Source: Eledone cirrhosa (lineage: Eukaryota). Taken from it: a stretch of DNA of 64,000 bases. The stretch is from the NCBI GenBank assembly GCA_964016885.1, contig OZ024748.1, forward strand, positions 19,406,001 through 19,470,000. Reading direction: 5' to 3'. How positions within the stretch are numbered: the stretch's first letter is position 1; each line of letters starts with the position of its first letter. The notes beneath the pieces were generated by a model that ran no database searches, had not been told where the DNA came from, and saw nothing but the letters and a program-made list of their open reading frames with translations. Made by a program: the position numbers and the translations under genes. Of this stretch, positions 26,400 through 41,315 are shown in pieces.

Positions 26400-27560
26400 C
26401 AAAGGTAGAGAACGATGGGGAGGGGGGGGGAGGGGGAGAGAGTGATAGAGGAGGGATGGAGAGATGGATGGAGGGGGAATGGAGAGAGGGATAGAGAGAG
26501 AGGGATGGAGGGGGAATGGAGAGAGTGATGGAGAGAGAGATGGAGGAAGGATGGAGAGAGGAATGGACGGGGAATGGAGAGAGTAATGGAGGGGGAATGG
26601 AGAGAGGGATAGAGAGAGAGGGATGGAGGGGGAATGGAGAGAGTGATGGAGAGAGAGATGGAGGAGGGATGGAGAGAGGGATGGACGGGGAATGGAGAGA
26701 GTAATGGAGGAGGGATGGAGAGAGGGATGGAGGAGGGATGGAGAGAGGGATGGAGGGGGAATGGAGAGAGTGATGGAGAGAGAGATGGAGGAGGGATGGA
26801 GAGAGGGATGGAGACAGGGATAGAGGAGGGATGGAGAGAGGGGTGGAGGATGGATGGGGGAGTCATGAAGGAGGGATGGAGGGAGTGGTGAAGGAGGGAT
26901 GGATAGAGTGATGAAGGAGGGGTGGAGGGAGTGATGAAGGAGGGGTGGAGGGAGTGATGAAGGAGGGGTGGAGGGAGTGATGAAGGAGGGATTAAAAGAG
27001 AATGAAGGAGGGATTAAAAGAGAATGAAGGAAAGGTGGGGAAGTGAAATAAAATGTATGTAATGTAATGATGAAGGAGCATCAGTATGTGAATGAATGAA
27101 TGAAAGATATGAATAGAGGAAGTAGAAGAGGTGGGAGTGAAAGGGTGAGAGTGACAGAGGTAGAAGTGAAAGAGTGAGAATGAGACGGGGTGGGAGTGAA
27201 AGAGTGAGAGTGAGAGAGGTGGCAGTGAAAGAGTGAGAGAGGTGGAAGTGAAGTAGTGAGAGTGAGAGAGGTGGGAGTGAAGGAGTGAGTGTGAGAGAGG
27301 TGGGAATGAAAGAGTGAGAGTGAGTGAGGTGGGAGTGAAGGAGTGAGAGTGAGTGAAGTGGGAGTCAAGGAGTGAGTGTGAGAGAGGTGGGAACGAAGGA
27401 GTGAGAGTGAGAGAGGTGGGAATGAAGGAGTGAGAGTGAGTGAGGTGGGAGTGAAGGAGTGAGTGTGAGAGAGGTGGGAACGAAGGAGTGAGAGTGAGAG
27501 AGGTGGGAATGAAGGAGTGAGAGTGAGTGAGGTGGGAGTGAAGGAGTGAGTGTGAGGTGA
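26400..27560. repeat. GA-rich cryptic minisatellites
   Basis: About 118-bp GGAGAG-rich duplication, then GGTGGGA(G/A)TGAAGGAGTGAGA units. Confidence 0.85.
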
Positions 27561-27702
27561 GACTGATAAGGACATTTAGAGAATGTTTAGAATGGAAAAA
27601 TGTCGAGAGAAAAGATGAAAGACAAAAAGACAGAAGGGAAAGAAAACTAAGGAATGATAGAGATAGTAAGAACATTGGGTGGGGTGAGGTGGGAGAGAGG
27701 TG

Positions 27703-27735
<33 letters not shown>

Positions 27736-27792
27736 GGAGAAAGACTGATACACAGTAAGAGAGAGAGTCAGATTTGAGAAAGGTGGATATAT

Positions 27793-27872
<80 letters not shown>

Positions 27873-28647
27873 TCTTATTTATAGGCTCTGATGATTCCTG
27901 CCTTAGGGTACGGATGAAACAATGTATTTCTAAGCACTTTTTGGTTATTCCTAAACCTATAACGGCTCTGTAGTATACCAGTTATCCTACATTGAGCTAA
28001 AACCACACTGTCATACCAAGGGCAATATATCTGCGGGTCTGGGCACATTGATATATTTGTCAACGAAATAAAAAAAATAAAAAACTGCGATAATATTGCT
28101 TTATGCTGAACTCCATATTTTTGTTGAGTTTTTTCGGAACGTTTTGACTGTTGTTTCTTGTAAAGAGATTTTCGTTTCATCCCGGCATCACTAGCCTGTG
28201 TCCACGTGTGTTTTGTTATTTCAATTCAACACGCAGTTCACTTGGCTGCTTTTAAATTCCCCTCTGGCATCTTAGCAGTGTCACTTAGTTAACGTGTTGA
28301 GCACTACTGATGAACGACTCCAACCGTGACTAACCCCACTGAAAAGTTTCGTGAAATAGTCGTTTAAGACTATATAGTGCCTTTGTAGATTTGCCCAAAT
28401 TGACGGTTAAGTATCTCTTCTTGATTTTATTTTGAGTTAAGATTGTATTGGTTTTTTTTCCCCAGCTTACACCAAGTGTGAGGATAAAATATTTCTTCTT
28501 GACTTGTTTTGAATTAAGATTGAATTATTTATCCCATATCTTACGTTAAAAAATGTTCATCTTGATGTTATAGTCACTTATATGTCTGAATTATTGTCGG
28601 CTTTTTGCTTACATTAATTTCTCTATTTTCATATATATATATATATA

Positions 28648-28903
28648 TTGGAATAAATGCTCTGAAATAGCGATATATATATGAATATAAGTATTCTATA
28701 AGTCTCTAGCTGTGTCATTCTCGATAAAAGCACTGGATATGTAGTCCTGATGAATTCTAACAAGAATGAAACGCGTAGATTACTTCCCTTGCTTTTATCG
28801 AGAATCTAATTGTAATACGTGACGTATTCTATTCTATAGCGATTAGGTCTTCAAAATGTTTATTATAAACATACAGAATATTTTCGAATATTCTATGTCT
28901 ATA

Positions 28904-28908
<5 letters not shown>
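28648..28908 (+). mobile_element. Dispersed family B copy with inverted end; HHR at about 28736-28788
   Basis: gtagtc-CTGATGA-attct(aaca)agaat-GAAA-cgcg-TA-gattac. 28648-28688 is an inverted piece of the unit. Confidence 0.8.
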
Positions 28909-28986
<78 letters not shown>

Positions 28987-29544
28987 GGAATAGGAGAAAG
29001 CCGGAATATCACCCATCTGCATGTCGTCATCGTCCGGTATCAAAAAGCGCAGTATATACAATGGTGGTGGTGGTAGTGGTGGTGGTAGTGGTGGTGGTGG
29101 TGGTGGTGGTGGTGGTGGTGGTGGTGGTGGTGGTGGTGGTGGGGATAGTGGTTGTGTCAGGTGGTGAAGGGGGTGGTGGTGGCGCAAGGTAGTGGTGGTG
29201 GTGGTGGTGGTGGTGGTGGTGTTGGTAGGTAGGTAGTGGTGAGGCAAGGTGGCAGTGGTGGTGGTGGTGGTGGTGGTGGTAGGAGCAGTGGTGGAGGCGT
29301 GTGGTCTGTCAAGCTGTTGGTGTGGCATCACTATATAGTTTATAGCTAGGATATGTCCCTCCTCCCTCTTCTTCCCCTCCCCCTCCTCCAACACCTCCCC
29401 ATCCTCCTCTACAACAACTGGTACACATACAACAACAACAACGACAATATATGCAACAAACACTATAACAACAATAACAACAAAACTTCAACAGCCATAA
29501 CAACAACAAACAACAACAACGCTTTTAACGGGACACTGCATAAT

Positions 29545-30247
29545 AATATACATATATATATATGTATATATACATATATATATATGTATATATACATATA
29601 TATACATACCTACCTACCTACATACGTACATACATACGACTACATACATACATATATATATGTATACATACATGCTCATACATACATGCTCATACATACA
29701 TGCTCATACATACATACTCATACATACATATACACATAATATATATATAATATATACATACATATATACATATACACATATATATATATACATATATATA
29801 TATACATATATACATATATACATATATACATACAAAGGCGGTGCCCCAACATGGCCTCAGCCGGATGTCTGGGACAGGTAAAAGAGTAAAAGAGTATACA
29901 TATATACATTTACACATACATATATACATATATACATATATACATACATACGTGCATACATACAACCATACGTACACACATATACATTCAAACATACATG
30001 CATATACACGAATATACATACATATACACATACACACATACATATATACATAACATATATACATACACAAACATACATTCATACATACATAAAGACATAC
30101 ATATATACATGTATACGTACATACATACATTCATACATACATACATACATATATACATACATACATACATACACACATATATACATACATACGTACATAC
30201 ACATATACATATATACATACACACATACGTACATACATATATAATAT

Positions 30248-30278
<31 letters not shown>

Positions 30279-30959
30279 CATATATACATATATACGTATA
30301 TACACACATATATACATGTATACGTACATACATACATACACACATATGTATACATACATACATATATATACATACATACATACATATATATATGTATATA
30401 TATAACATATATACATACATACATACATACATGCATACATGCATACATACATATATACATATATACATATATACATATATATACATACATATATACATAT
30501 ACACATATATACATATATACATATATACATACATACATACATACATATATACATATATACATATATACATATATACATATATACAAAAGAACAGAGAAGA
30601 ATACGGTAGGAAAGTGTTGGACGTTATCAGTTGATTATAAACTGGCAGTGAATAAATATGGCTGACTTTGATGGAAGTGGCAGGAAACAGGGAGACGGAG
30701 GAGAAAGTGGAGGCGGCGGGCGGGTGAGGGGAGGATTAGGAGGAGGAGGAGGAGGAGGAGGAGGAGGAGGAGGAGGAGGAGTGAGAGAGAAGAAGAAGAA
30801 GAAGAAGAAGAAAAGAAGAAGAAGAAGAAGAAGAAGAAGAAGAAGAAGAAAGGAAGGAGAAGAAGGTGAAGAAGAAGAAGAAGAAGAAGAAGAAGAAGAA
30901 GAAGAAGAAGAAGAAGAAGAAGAAGAAAACAAGGTGAAGAAGAAGAAGAAGAAGAAGAA

Positions 30960-30991
<32 letters not shown>

Positions 30992-31115
30992 AGAAGAAGC
31001 AGAAGAAGAAGAAGAAGAAGAAGAAGAAGAAGAAGAAGAAAAAGAAGGAGAAGAAGAAGAAGAAGAAGAAGAAGAAAACAAGGTGAAGAAGAATAAGAAT
31101 AAGGGGAAGAAGAAG

Positions 31116-31147
<32 letters not shown>

Positions 31148-31923
31148 GAAGAAGAAGAAGAAGAAGAAGAAGAAGAAGAAGAAGAAGAAAAGAAGGAGAA
31201 GAAGGTGAAGAAGAAGAAGAAGAAGAAGAAGAAGAAGAAGAAGAAAACAAGGTGAAGAAGAAGAAGACAAAAAAGTGAAGAAGAAGAAGAAGAAGAAGAA
31301 CAAAATGAAATAAAATAAAATAAAATAAAATAAATAAAATTCTTCACGTGAAATTTAAAAGTTCTGACAACATACACACATACACACACACCACACACGT
31401 GTGCACACACATACACACATACACACACCACACACGTGTGGACACACATACACACATACACACACCACGCACGTGTGGACACACATACACACACCACACA
31501 CGTGTGGACACACATACACACATACACACACCACACACGCGTGTGGACACACATACACACATACACACATACACACACCACACACGTGTGGACACGCATG
31601 CACACATACACACACCACACACATGTGGACACACATGCACACGTATACACACATACACATACATATACACATACACATAAATACACATTACGGCACAGTA
31701 ATACACACACACGTATACACACCACACATGTGTGGACACACATTCCGACGTATACACACATGCACATACAGACACGCATACACATGATAACACATAACGG
31801 CACAGTAATACACACACACACATACACACGTATACACACGTATGCACACCACACATGTGTGGACGCACATACACACACGTGTGCACACACATACACACCT
31901 ATACACACACCACACATGTGTGG

Positions 31924-31976
<53 letters not shown>

Positions 31977-32215
31977 CGAACACAAATATATATATATATA
32001 TACTCAGACATATATATACACAGACATATATATACACAGACATATATATATACACTCGGACAACCGCACAGCAACACACACAAATACGTACATACACACA
32101 CACACACATACACACATATATATATATACTCTTAGATACACAGATACATACACAGTTAAACACACACACACATATATATATATACTCTTAAACACACAGA
32201 TACATACACAGTTAA

Positions 32216-32246
<31 letters not shown>

Positions 32247-32400
32247 CTCTTACACACACAGATACATACACAGTTAAACACACACACACACATATATATA
32301 TATATACTCTTACACACACAGATACATACACAGTTAAACACACAAACACACATATATACACACGCACTTACATGCATACACACTTAGCCATACACACTTC
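29545..32400. repeat. Compound (CATA/TA)n, (GAA)n and cryptic (CA)-rich repeats
   Basis: Direct inspection. Includes a short RTE-tail-like insert at about 29835-29895. Confidence 0.9.
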
Positions 32401-32696
32401 ACACACACCCATACTTCCACATAAACACACCCTTACTATAGCTCAACAGTCATATGTACAAACCTACAAGTTCCATTGGTTCTCCCTCTATGTTGATCTT
32501 GCCCTAATCGAGTATACCATAATATCCCCCTCCCCCGAAATATGACGAGCCCTGAAGAAAAGGGACCTTTACCACGAACAATACCTGATACGGGTTCAAT
32601 TCCAAGTTAGAGCAATTTTACCGCCAGAGGTCCTGGCGAACAACTCTTTTTCATTGGCACATCCCTAGAAAATTAGCAACAGAGAGAGAGAGAGAA

Positions 32697-32727
<31 letters not shown>

Positions 32728-33056
32728 AGGGAGGGAGAGAGAAAGAGAGAAAGCGAGAAAGAGAGAAGGAGAGATAGAGATATAGAGAGAGTAATAGAGG
32801 GAGAGAGAGAGAAAGAGTGAGAAAGAAAGAGTGAGAGAGAGAGAGAAATAGTGAGAGAGAGAGAGAGAGGAGGGAGGGAGAGAGAAAGAGAGAAAGCGAG
32901 AAAGAGAGAAGGAGAGATAGAGATATAGAGAGAGTAATAGAGGGAGAGAGAGAGAAAGAGTGAGAAAGAAAGAGTGAGAGAGAGAGAGAAATAGAGAGAG
33001 TAATAGTGAGAGAGAGAGAGAGAGAGCGAGAGAGAAAGAGTGAGAGAGAGAGAAAA

Positions 33057-33099
<43 letters not shown>

Positions 33100-33647
33100 G
33101 AGCAAGAGAGAAAGAGGAAGAGTGAGAGGGCGGAGGAGGGCGGGAGAGAGAGGTAGGATGGGTCAGTGTAGGTGGTCCGCATTTTAAAAATTACTAAATT
33201 AAAGATTCATATTTTAAAATCTTCATGGAATGTTGTTTCTTGTGTTGGCCATTTTGATTTCCTTGGAATTTCATTATTCTAAGAACCTATCTTTCTACCT
33301 TCGAACTGACTGGGGTGTCTTTGATATGTAAATGGTTGAATGTTAACAAAAGGGCACCCCAGATTCATGAACTACATGTGGCCCTACCTCCTTTAGAGTG
33401 TAAGAGGTTAAGGTCCGAAATACATCCTTGAGTTGAGTTTCTTCTCTGAAGATCTTCTACAGTCCATCTCTCCTGAGAGTTTCTTACCGTTGTTGTTGCA
33501 GTAAAACACCAACATCAACATCAACAACAACAACACCAACAAATGTAGTGTTCGTTTATCTTCATTAGTTCATTCAAATTAAAGAAGTATTTTTGCAATC
33601 CTCTCAAACTGGCCAAATCAAACGTTCAAATTGTGATTTCTCTCTAA

Positions 33648-33895
33648 TATCTGTCTAATGGGCAGGATAACTGGACAAGAAATCGAGGATATCCCAACGG
33701 TAGATGGAGAGATAAGATTTTAAAATGGTGTTAATATCAATTACAGGCAGAACTTAATGTAATACAATAAACAGGGGAAAGGTCTCTGTAAAATCTGTCT
33801 GGAGGGTATGATACCTGGAAAGACATCAAAGATGGTCCAATGATAGACGGAGAGATGAGATCATAAAATGGTGTCAATAACAATCATGGAAAGAT
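33648..33895 (+). mobile_element. Two decayed RTE 3'-end fragments in tandem
   Basis: Diverged ~145-bp duplication. Translation ICLEGMIPGK...RDEI resembles the RTE C-terminus. Confidence 0.4.
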
Positions 33896-34941
33896 ATCAA
33901 TACAATGACCATAATTGGAAGAAATATGTTGATGATGTTTTGTACTCTTCTGTAGGTGGAAGTAATCTGCAGGAATATCTAAAGGTGGAAAGATAAGTTC
34001 AAAGGAATGGTAGAGCAGGTAATTTAAGTGGGAAAGGAGACATGAGTTGGAGAAGTGAAACATTAGAGTTTATTATATTTGGGGATGGTCATGTCAGTAT
34101 TGTCAATAAAAAGAAAAAACGCACCTATATGATTTTCACTTTTTTATTTTATCTTTATTACTACTTATTTGTTAGTTCGTAAAGGTTCTTTCGTCACACA
34201 TTCTGTGACTGCCTCAAAGCCTATCTGTTTTTTTTGTGCCTCTTCTTCCTTATGGTTTTAATCTTTTACCCCATTAGAGAATTATGACTAAACGTCCTCG
34301 TAAATCTAAATGGCGAAGGAGAGAAACGAACACCCATGAAGATATTAAAATATGTATTTATATTTCAGTAATCTTTAAAATGCAGCAATTTTGTCCCATG
34401 TAAAACGAAACCCCCCCAAAACTCAACAAGCTGGCCTTTACCCCAGTGAAATTAAACCAACATGATACTAGCAAATTGGCCGTTTCCCTTGTGAAATGTT
34501 GCTAATATACAAATGGGTTGACATTGCCTCTCGTGACATACCAGCCGACATTATTCCAGTAAGCTGGTCTTGTCCCTTGTGGCTATCTAAGTAGAGGCGA
34601 TATAATATCCCGAACATAAAATACTCCCTTATGTATGTTGTTGTATATTTAATACTCACTCATGGTTCTCGAATTGTGAACTAACATAATTCGAACTTGA
34701 ATTGTTCTCTTACAAATGCGTGAAATCCACAGGATATCGGCAACACAACACTTGTACCAATTAAAGTAACATTAGAAAATTTATATAATACGAAGTGGAC
34801 CGAGTCGTTGAGAGTTATGCTACTCGGACGAAAATAAAAGATGTAATTTTTTCATAACACTTTTACCAGGATTACCCTATTTTTTAATATATTATACATT
34901 TATTTCATCATATATATATCGTACATATATTCTATCCTTCG

Positions 34942-35122
34942 TTGGCAGTATCGGTAGAGGGTCGGACACCATGCTTTCCAGCATAGTTACGTCCCTTTAC
35001 AATCTGAGTTCAAATCCCGCCGAGGTTAACTTTGCCTTTCATCCTTACGTGGTTGATATAATAAAGTACCAGTAATGTACTGGATAATTGCTGGTCTTGT
35101 GCCTAAAGTAGAAACAGTTATT
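34942..35122 (+). mobile_element. Meta-like SINE
   Basis: Similarity to 41-220. Confidence 0.85.
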
Positions 35123-35429
35123 TTATCATACACATATTTTATCATACATATATTCTAACATAGATATATTCTATCACATATATATTCTATCATACATATA
35201 TTTTATCATACATATATTTTATCAAACATATATCCTAACATATATATATATATCCTATCATACATATATTCTATCGTACATATATTTTATCATACATATT
35301 CTATTAAACATATATTCTATTATAGATACATTCTAGGATCTGAAACGTTTTACAACATTAGCCCCCTTCTTGGAATTCTTACTACCACCATCGCCACCAT
35401 CACCACCCAGACATCAAGATGGGGTGCTG

Positions 35430-35547
35430 ACTTTCCGATCTTGCGGAGGAGCTCGGCAGAACGGGGCCCAAGTACGTCTGAGGTCTCGACGGCGACCGAT
35501 AGGAAGAGGAAGCGGCAGAACAATCCCCGGTATTTGTTTGTCTTCTG
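35430..35547 (-). mobile_element. CRE-like LINE RLE-domain fragment
   Basis: Manual translation KTNKYRGLFCRFLFLSVAVETSDVLGPRSAELLRKIGK resembles the K-x-x-KY...AVET.G..G motif of CRE-type elements. Confidence 0.55.
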
Positions 35548-35649
35548 AATATGTAAATAAATAAATAAAACAATTATATTATTGTTTTATTTCATGCATT
35601 TTCGTTTCTTACCCAAATTTCAAGTTTTGGCACAGAAGTTCAAACCACC

Positions 35650-35900
35650 GCGGGATCGTCCCATTTTATCCTGGGTCATTATATTGTCTTCCGGGCCATC
35701 ACATTATCTCCTGGGACGTCTCATTGTCTCCTGGGACATTCCATTCTCAGCTGGATCGTCCTATTGTCACCTGGATCGTCCCATTGTCTCCTGGGTCATC
35801 GCATTCTCACCTAGGTCGACCCAGAGTCTCCTGGGTCATCCGATTGATTTTTGGTCTGGTCCGATCCATTGTCACCTGGGTCATCCCATTTGTCTCCTGT
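35650..35900. repeat. ~20-bp minisatellite (CTGGGTCATCCCATTGTCTC-like)
   Basis: About 12 degenerate units visible. Confidence 0.75.
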
Positions 35901-36065
35901 TCTAGAACTGTTTTACACAAACATTTACACAGATCACATGCGATGAATTAATAGAGTCGTGAGGGGTGACAGCTGGGTATTTTTGCGATATTACATCCGG
36001 TTCTCTGCGCCCTGCTTTAAAGTATTGATATTCACCATTTTGGAGAACCCTACTTCTATTCCATA

Positions 36066-36439
36066 TTGGCAGTATCGGTAAAGGGTCGGACGCCATGCTT
36101 TCCAGCATAGTTACGTCCCTTTACGATCTGAGTTCAAATCCCGCCGAGGTTGACTTTGCCTTTCATCCTTACGGGGTCGATAAAATAAAGTACCAGTAAT
36201 GCAGTGGGTAATTGCTGGCCTTGTGCCTAAAGTAGAAACAATTATTATTATTGGTGGATTGGCAGTATCGGTAGAGGGTCGGACGCCATGCTTTCCAGCA
36301 TAGTTACGTCCCTTTACAATCTGAGTTCAAATCCCGCCGAGGTTGACTTTGACTTTCATCCTTACGGGGTCGATAAAATAAAGTACCAGTAATGCACTGG
36401 GTAATTGCTGGCCTTGTGCCTAAAGTAGAAACAATTATT
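36066..36439 (+). mobile_element. Two young tandem Meta-like SINEs
   Basis: 36066-36251 and 36253-36439 are nearly identical to 41-220. Confidence 0.9.
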
Positions 36440-36774
36440 TTATTCTGATACATATTCAAGATTTCACTCTCTCCAGTCGTAACAGCTACCCGTCTGAGAT
36501 TATAGATCGTTCCACTAATAGACATTTTCTTATTATCAACGATTTACGTACATATTTCTGTCTATTCTGCTGTCAGAAATAATGAAATGTTAGAATTCCA
36601 TTTCAAAGCGTAACAGTGACATACGATCTCACGAGATTTTAGGAGAAACATCGTATGTATATATGTATATATGCATATATGTATATATGTATATGTATAT
36701 ATATGTATAGATGTGTATATGTGTGCGTGCGTGTATTTATGTATATATATATCTCTATATATATATAGTATCTC

Positions 36775-36813
<39 letters not shown>

Positions 36814-37165
36814 TCAACTAGAAACAATCACAGGGGATAATTTGTGATTGTTTCATATGTTTCTTTTAAATATATATAGATGTCAATCAATTTCTAGTTG
36901 ATATAAAATGCTCGGATCTATTCATTGGAATCTTTGAGCTTATTCTACAGTGGATAAGGCGCATGTCTCAGACATGACTCCTTTAATTTAATTTAATTAA
37001 ATTTATTTCGGATATATATATATATACACACACATATATATATATTTTTATATATATATATTGCCTATATATAGATATACTCAGTATAGACATCGAGATG
37101 TTTAAGTATTAGAGACTAATTAACCTTTAATTAATATATATATATATATATACATATACACACAT

Positions 37166-37198
<33 letters not shown>

Positions 37199-37220
37199 CT
37201 ACATATACTACATATACTAC

Positions 37221-37580
<360 letters not shown>

Positions 37581-38045
37581 GTAGTATATGTATATATATG
37601 TTAATTAAAGGTTTCTTTCTTACTGCTTTCCCTTTTCTCTGTATCTCTCACTTTCTTTTACCCCCTCTAACAGTCACTCTCTCTGTTAGCCTCTTCCTCA
37701 CACTTTCACTCATTCACTCTCTGCTACTCCCTCTCCTACTTCCTCCCGTTTGACCTGTGCGAGATTCTTTCCTCACGCACATTTCGACCAGGTTTGATGG
37801 TCTTTATTCTCTCTCGTCTACGATTTCACAGAACTTATGTTCACCGATTTCAGGGACTTGACTCCTTCTTCCTCACTTTTCGTTGCATTACCATCTTTGA
37901 TTGTTTACAGTTTCGCTCGTTCCCCTTATTTACGTGTCCCAACGACTTTCTTTAGCCGTTGCTCGCACTAACCGGAGGTATATGGTCTTTAAAGCGATGA
38001 AATACCAATGAAGGTTGGAAGATCACTGATGAAGGACTAAATTTA

Positions 38046-38097
<52 letters not shown>

Positions 38098-38289
38098 CAA
38101 AAGTTTATAAGGTTCCTTGATTATTCAACGAATTAAATTTTACAATAGATTAGAAGCACTCGACAGAGATTTATCTAGAGTATCTCAAATTTATCTGGAG
38201 TATCTGAAACACCATTGTACCTTTGAAATATGTATAATAAAATATATACTTTGGTTATGATAATATTTCTCATTTATTAATATTTTGAA

Positions 38290-38427
<138 letters not shown>

Positions 38428-38475
38428 TGTACATATGTGTGTGTGTGTACACACGTTTGTATGTATGTATGTATG

Positions 38476-38968
38476 TAAGGTCACTCTCGAGTGCTACTGG
38501 TAACATGTAACCCAGTACAACCTGTCTCATGATCGGCTCGCCGGCGACTAAACTTGCAAACCCACCAAGCTTGCTTGGTGAGGAGGGTGATATTTGAACA
38601 CCCTACGGTATGAAATACAAGACCCGGCCAAAGACGAAGGAACTCAGCAGAGTCAACGGCCATCCAAATAGGGTTTTTTTTCCACCTGGGAATGAAAGGC
38701 CCTCAGTTGGAAACTCTGAAAAAACCCTGCAGCTTCGGAAACATCCAATAATGTTGACCTGTTCTCCTTTTCGGGTAGTGTTTTCGATGCTCAGAGAGTG
38801 GGACTGGTCCAGTGCAAGGTCTTTCACCGCTTAAAAAACCTCAAAGCTCTGGCATTGCTTGTTCAAATTATGTTACAGGTTCGTGTGGCTGGTTGTGGCC
38901 TAAAGGCGCACCATTTTCTGTAATCTGATAAACGATTGCAATACTCTTAGCAGAGTTTGCAGCCACCA
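38476..38968 (+). mobile_element. Non-autonomous RTE-derived element ending in (TATG)n
   Basis: RTE 5'UTR-like motifs (GGAAACTCTGA..CCTGC). 3' end GCAGCCACC-ATGTATG is shared with the next element. Confidence 0.55.
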
Positions 38969-39047
38969 TGTATGTATGTATGTATGTATGTATGTATGTA
39001 TGTATGTATGTGTGTATGTATGTATGTATGTATGTATGTATGTATGT

Positions 39048-39462
39048 TTGGGAGAGATGACCCCTTAGCCTTTGTCAAGGCAGAATTCTAGGAGAAGGAA
39101 AACTCTGATATAACACCTGCAGCCCTGATGGTATCCAATGATGTTGACTTCTTTTTGGTAAATATCATCTTGGTTAAGAGAGTGGGACTGGCTTTGTGCA
39201 GTGCCTTTGCTCACTATAAAAGCTTCACGGCACAGGCATTGCTTTATATATGGAGATCTCTCTGCACTTGTCGTCACATGGTACCATGGGCCCAGCACTA
39301 TGTATCAATAATTGTCACAAGTGTAGTTTTTGTATCAGAGTTTTCAAGTCGCTGGCTGGACTAAAACGTCACACTCGTTCAGCGCATCGGTAGGAGTTCT
39401 CCTACATGGATATAAAGTAGTGGCCGTACTCGAAAACGAGTTGGCAGCCACCATGTATGTAT
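39048..39462 (+). mobile_element. Bipartite RTE-BovB-derived element (5'UTR fused to ORF2 C-terminal zinc finger)
   Basis: GGAGAAGGAAAACTCTGA 5'UTR motif. CHKCSFCIRVFKSLAGLKRHTRSAHR* at about 39312-39392. (TATG)n tail. Confidence 0.65.
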
Positions 39463-40605
39463 GTTTTCTCTTTCTCTTAATTTCGAGTATATTTTTTTGA
39501 CCGGCCACCTTCCTGGTGGCAAGGTTGTAAAAGAAAAGAAATTGTCATCCCTTGAATCGCAAGAATGTTTTGCAAATTTTGAAGGTGCCAGCTATCGCAG
39601 CCATTTGTAGACTATGAATTAGGGAGCTGCGCTTTTTGTCCGCAAATCCAAGTTCAGTCATACTTTGGTCCAAGCGGGTTGGTATATAACCCGTAGCACC
39701 AATAATGATGGGTATGAAGCTAAAGGTGTATCTTGGATACTGGATTTATAAACTCCTCATCAATGGTCCGTAGATGTCCTCCTTCTGTATTTTTCTGACA
39801 ACGTTTACATCAAGTGGGCAGCTGATCGCCACAACAGAACACGTTTTCAATGTGTGGTCCCAAACTACAATATCAGGCCGGTTGTGCTTTAATTTGGTGG
39901 CAGTTTTTATTTTCAGGTTCCACCAGTATTCCTTAGTGCCATCTGTCTCAATATATTCTTCCTCGTTTGTTGTTAATTTTGTTTTCCGAAGTGCGTTCCA
40001 GATGGTTCTAGCTATCCCATCGTGTCTCATGGGGAGGTAGTAGCGAGATGACATTCTTTCGCAGCTGGCAACAATGTGGCTTACATCCTCGATCTTTGTT
40101 TTACATAGCCTACATTTATTGTCAGCTGCTGGCCCTCCTCTTTTGTGCAGCAGATATTTGGTAGGGAGTTCTTGTTCCTGTATTGCATAGAGATATCCCT
40201 CAAGGTGTGATGTCATAAACTTGTCGGAACTCCATGCCAGGCTTTTTGAGTGGTTTATCCCCTCTATGGTCTGTGTTTTACGCCTCAAGTATCCATGCAC
40301 AACTTTTTCTGTAAATTGGTCAATGTTTTTATCTTGTTTGAACATTGAATAGGATCTTCCGATTTCTCTGGGTGAGAGATTTATATCAGGCTTTATTCCA
40401 TATCTCTCCTCCAGATCAGTCGCTATTCTAATGATATTTCTTTTTTCATGCTCATAAACCTGGGCAAGATGGTTGCCAACCTTTTTCCTCTGTTGAAGGT
40501 GTTGCTTCAGTGTTACTATCCGGGTCTCATATGTTGTTAATATTGATTTTAGACCCCGGCCACCTTCCTTGCGTGAGAAGTATAGCCTATCCACATCACC
40601 ATTGA
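39463..40605 (-). mobile_element. R4/Dong-like LINE 3' fragment (post-RT region, CCHC knuckle, RLE) in (CATA)n
   Basis: RLYFSRKEGGRGL...CRLCKTKIEDVSHIVASC...RHD...NRPDIVVWD. Continues as IPIIIGATG...KICKTFL past the ORF stop at 39746. Confidence 0.9.
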
Positions 40606-41035
40606 TGTATGTATGTATGTATGTATGTATGTATGTATGTATGTATGTATGTATGTATGTATGTATGTATGTATGCATGTATGTAAGTATGCATGTATGC
40701 ATGTATGCATGTATGTATATACGTATGTGTGTATATATATGTGTGTGTGTTCATACATATGTATGTATATGTATATATATATGAGGTGTCTATATTTATG
40801 CACTTACAGATATTAGCTATGAGATTATATTGTTCTTAAGAACCATTACCATTCTTCTACTCTGCAAGTGTGGTGTTAACTTCAAAAATATCAGAAATCT
40901 GTAAATAGACAAAAATTTGAAGATTACAATAATACAAATATAGAAACAGAATAATAACTACAAAAAGAGGAATGAACTGAACGAGACGAGACGGAATATA
41001 AGAATTTATTAATAAAGACAATTAACAACAACAAA

Positions 41036-41257
41036 AATAATGGTTTCTTATGTAGGCACAAGGCCAGCAATTTTGGGAGGGGGGGGAAGTCGATTAAATC
41101 GACTCCAGTGCCTGACTGTTATGTTATTTTATAGATCCCTTAAGTATGAAAGGCAAAGTTAACCTCGGCGGGATTTGAACTCAAATCATAAAGGTCCGTA
41201 ACTCTATGCTGCAAAGCATAGTGTCCGACGCTCTGCCGATACAGCCAATCGACCGCC
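41036..41257 (-). mobile_element. Meta-like SINE
   Basis: Similarity to 41-220, with a longer tail segment. Confidence 0.75.
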
Positions 41258-41315
41258 CTAACCACAACGACAATAATAATACCAACAATAAGAATAACAA
41301 CATTAATGATAATAA

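Noticed and set aside
28303-28380. HHR-like gcacta-CTGATGA-acgact...agtcgt...tagtgc
   Set aside because: Stems I and II pair but GAAA is absent. At best a decayed ribozyme.
35370-35564. Plus-strand host exon with a KRKR motif
   Set aside because: The opposite strand translates to a CRE-like LINE endonuclease fragment, which explains the GC-rich sequence.
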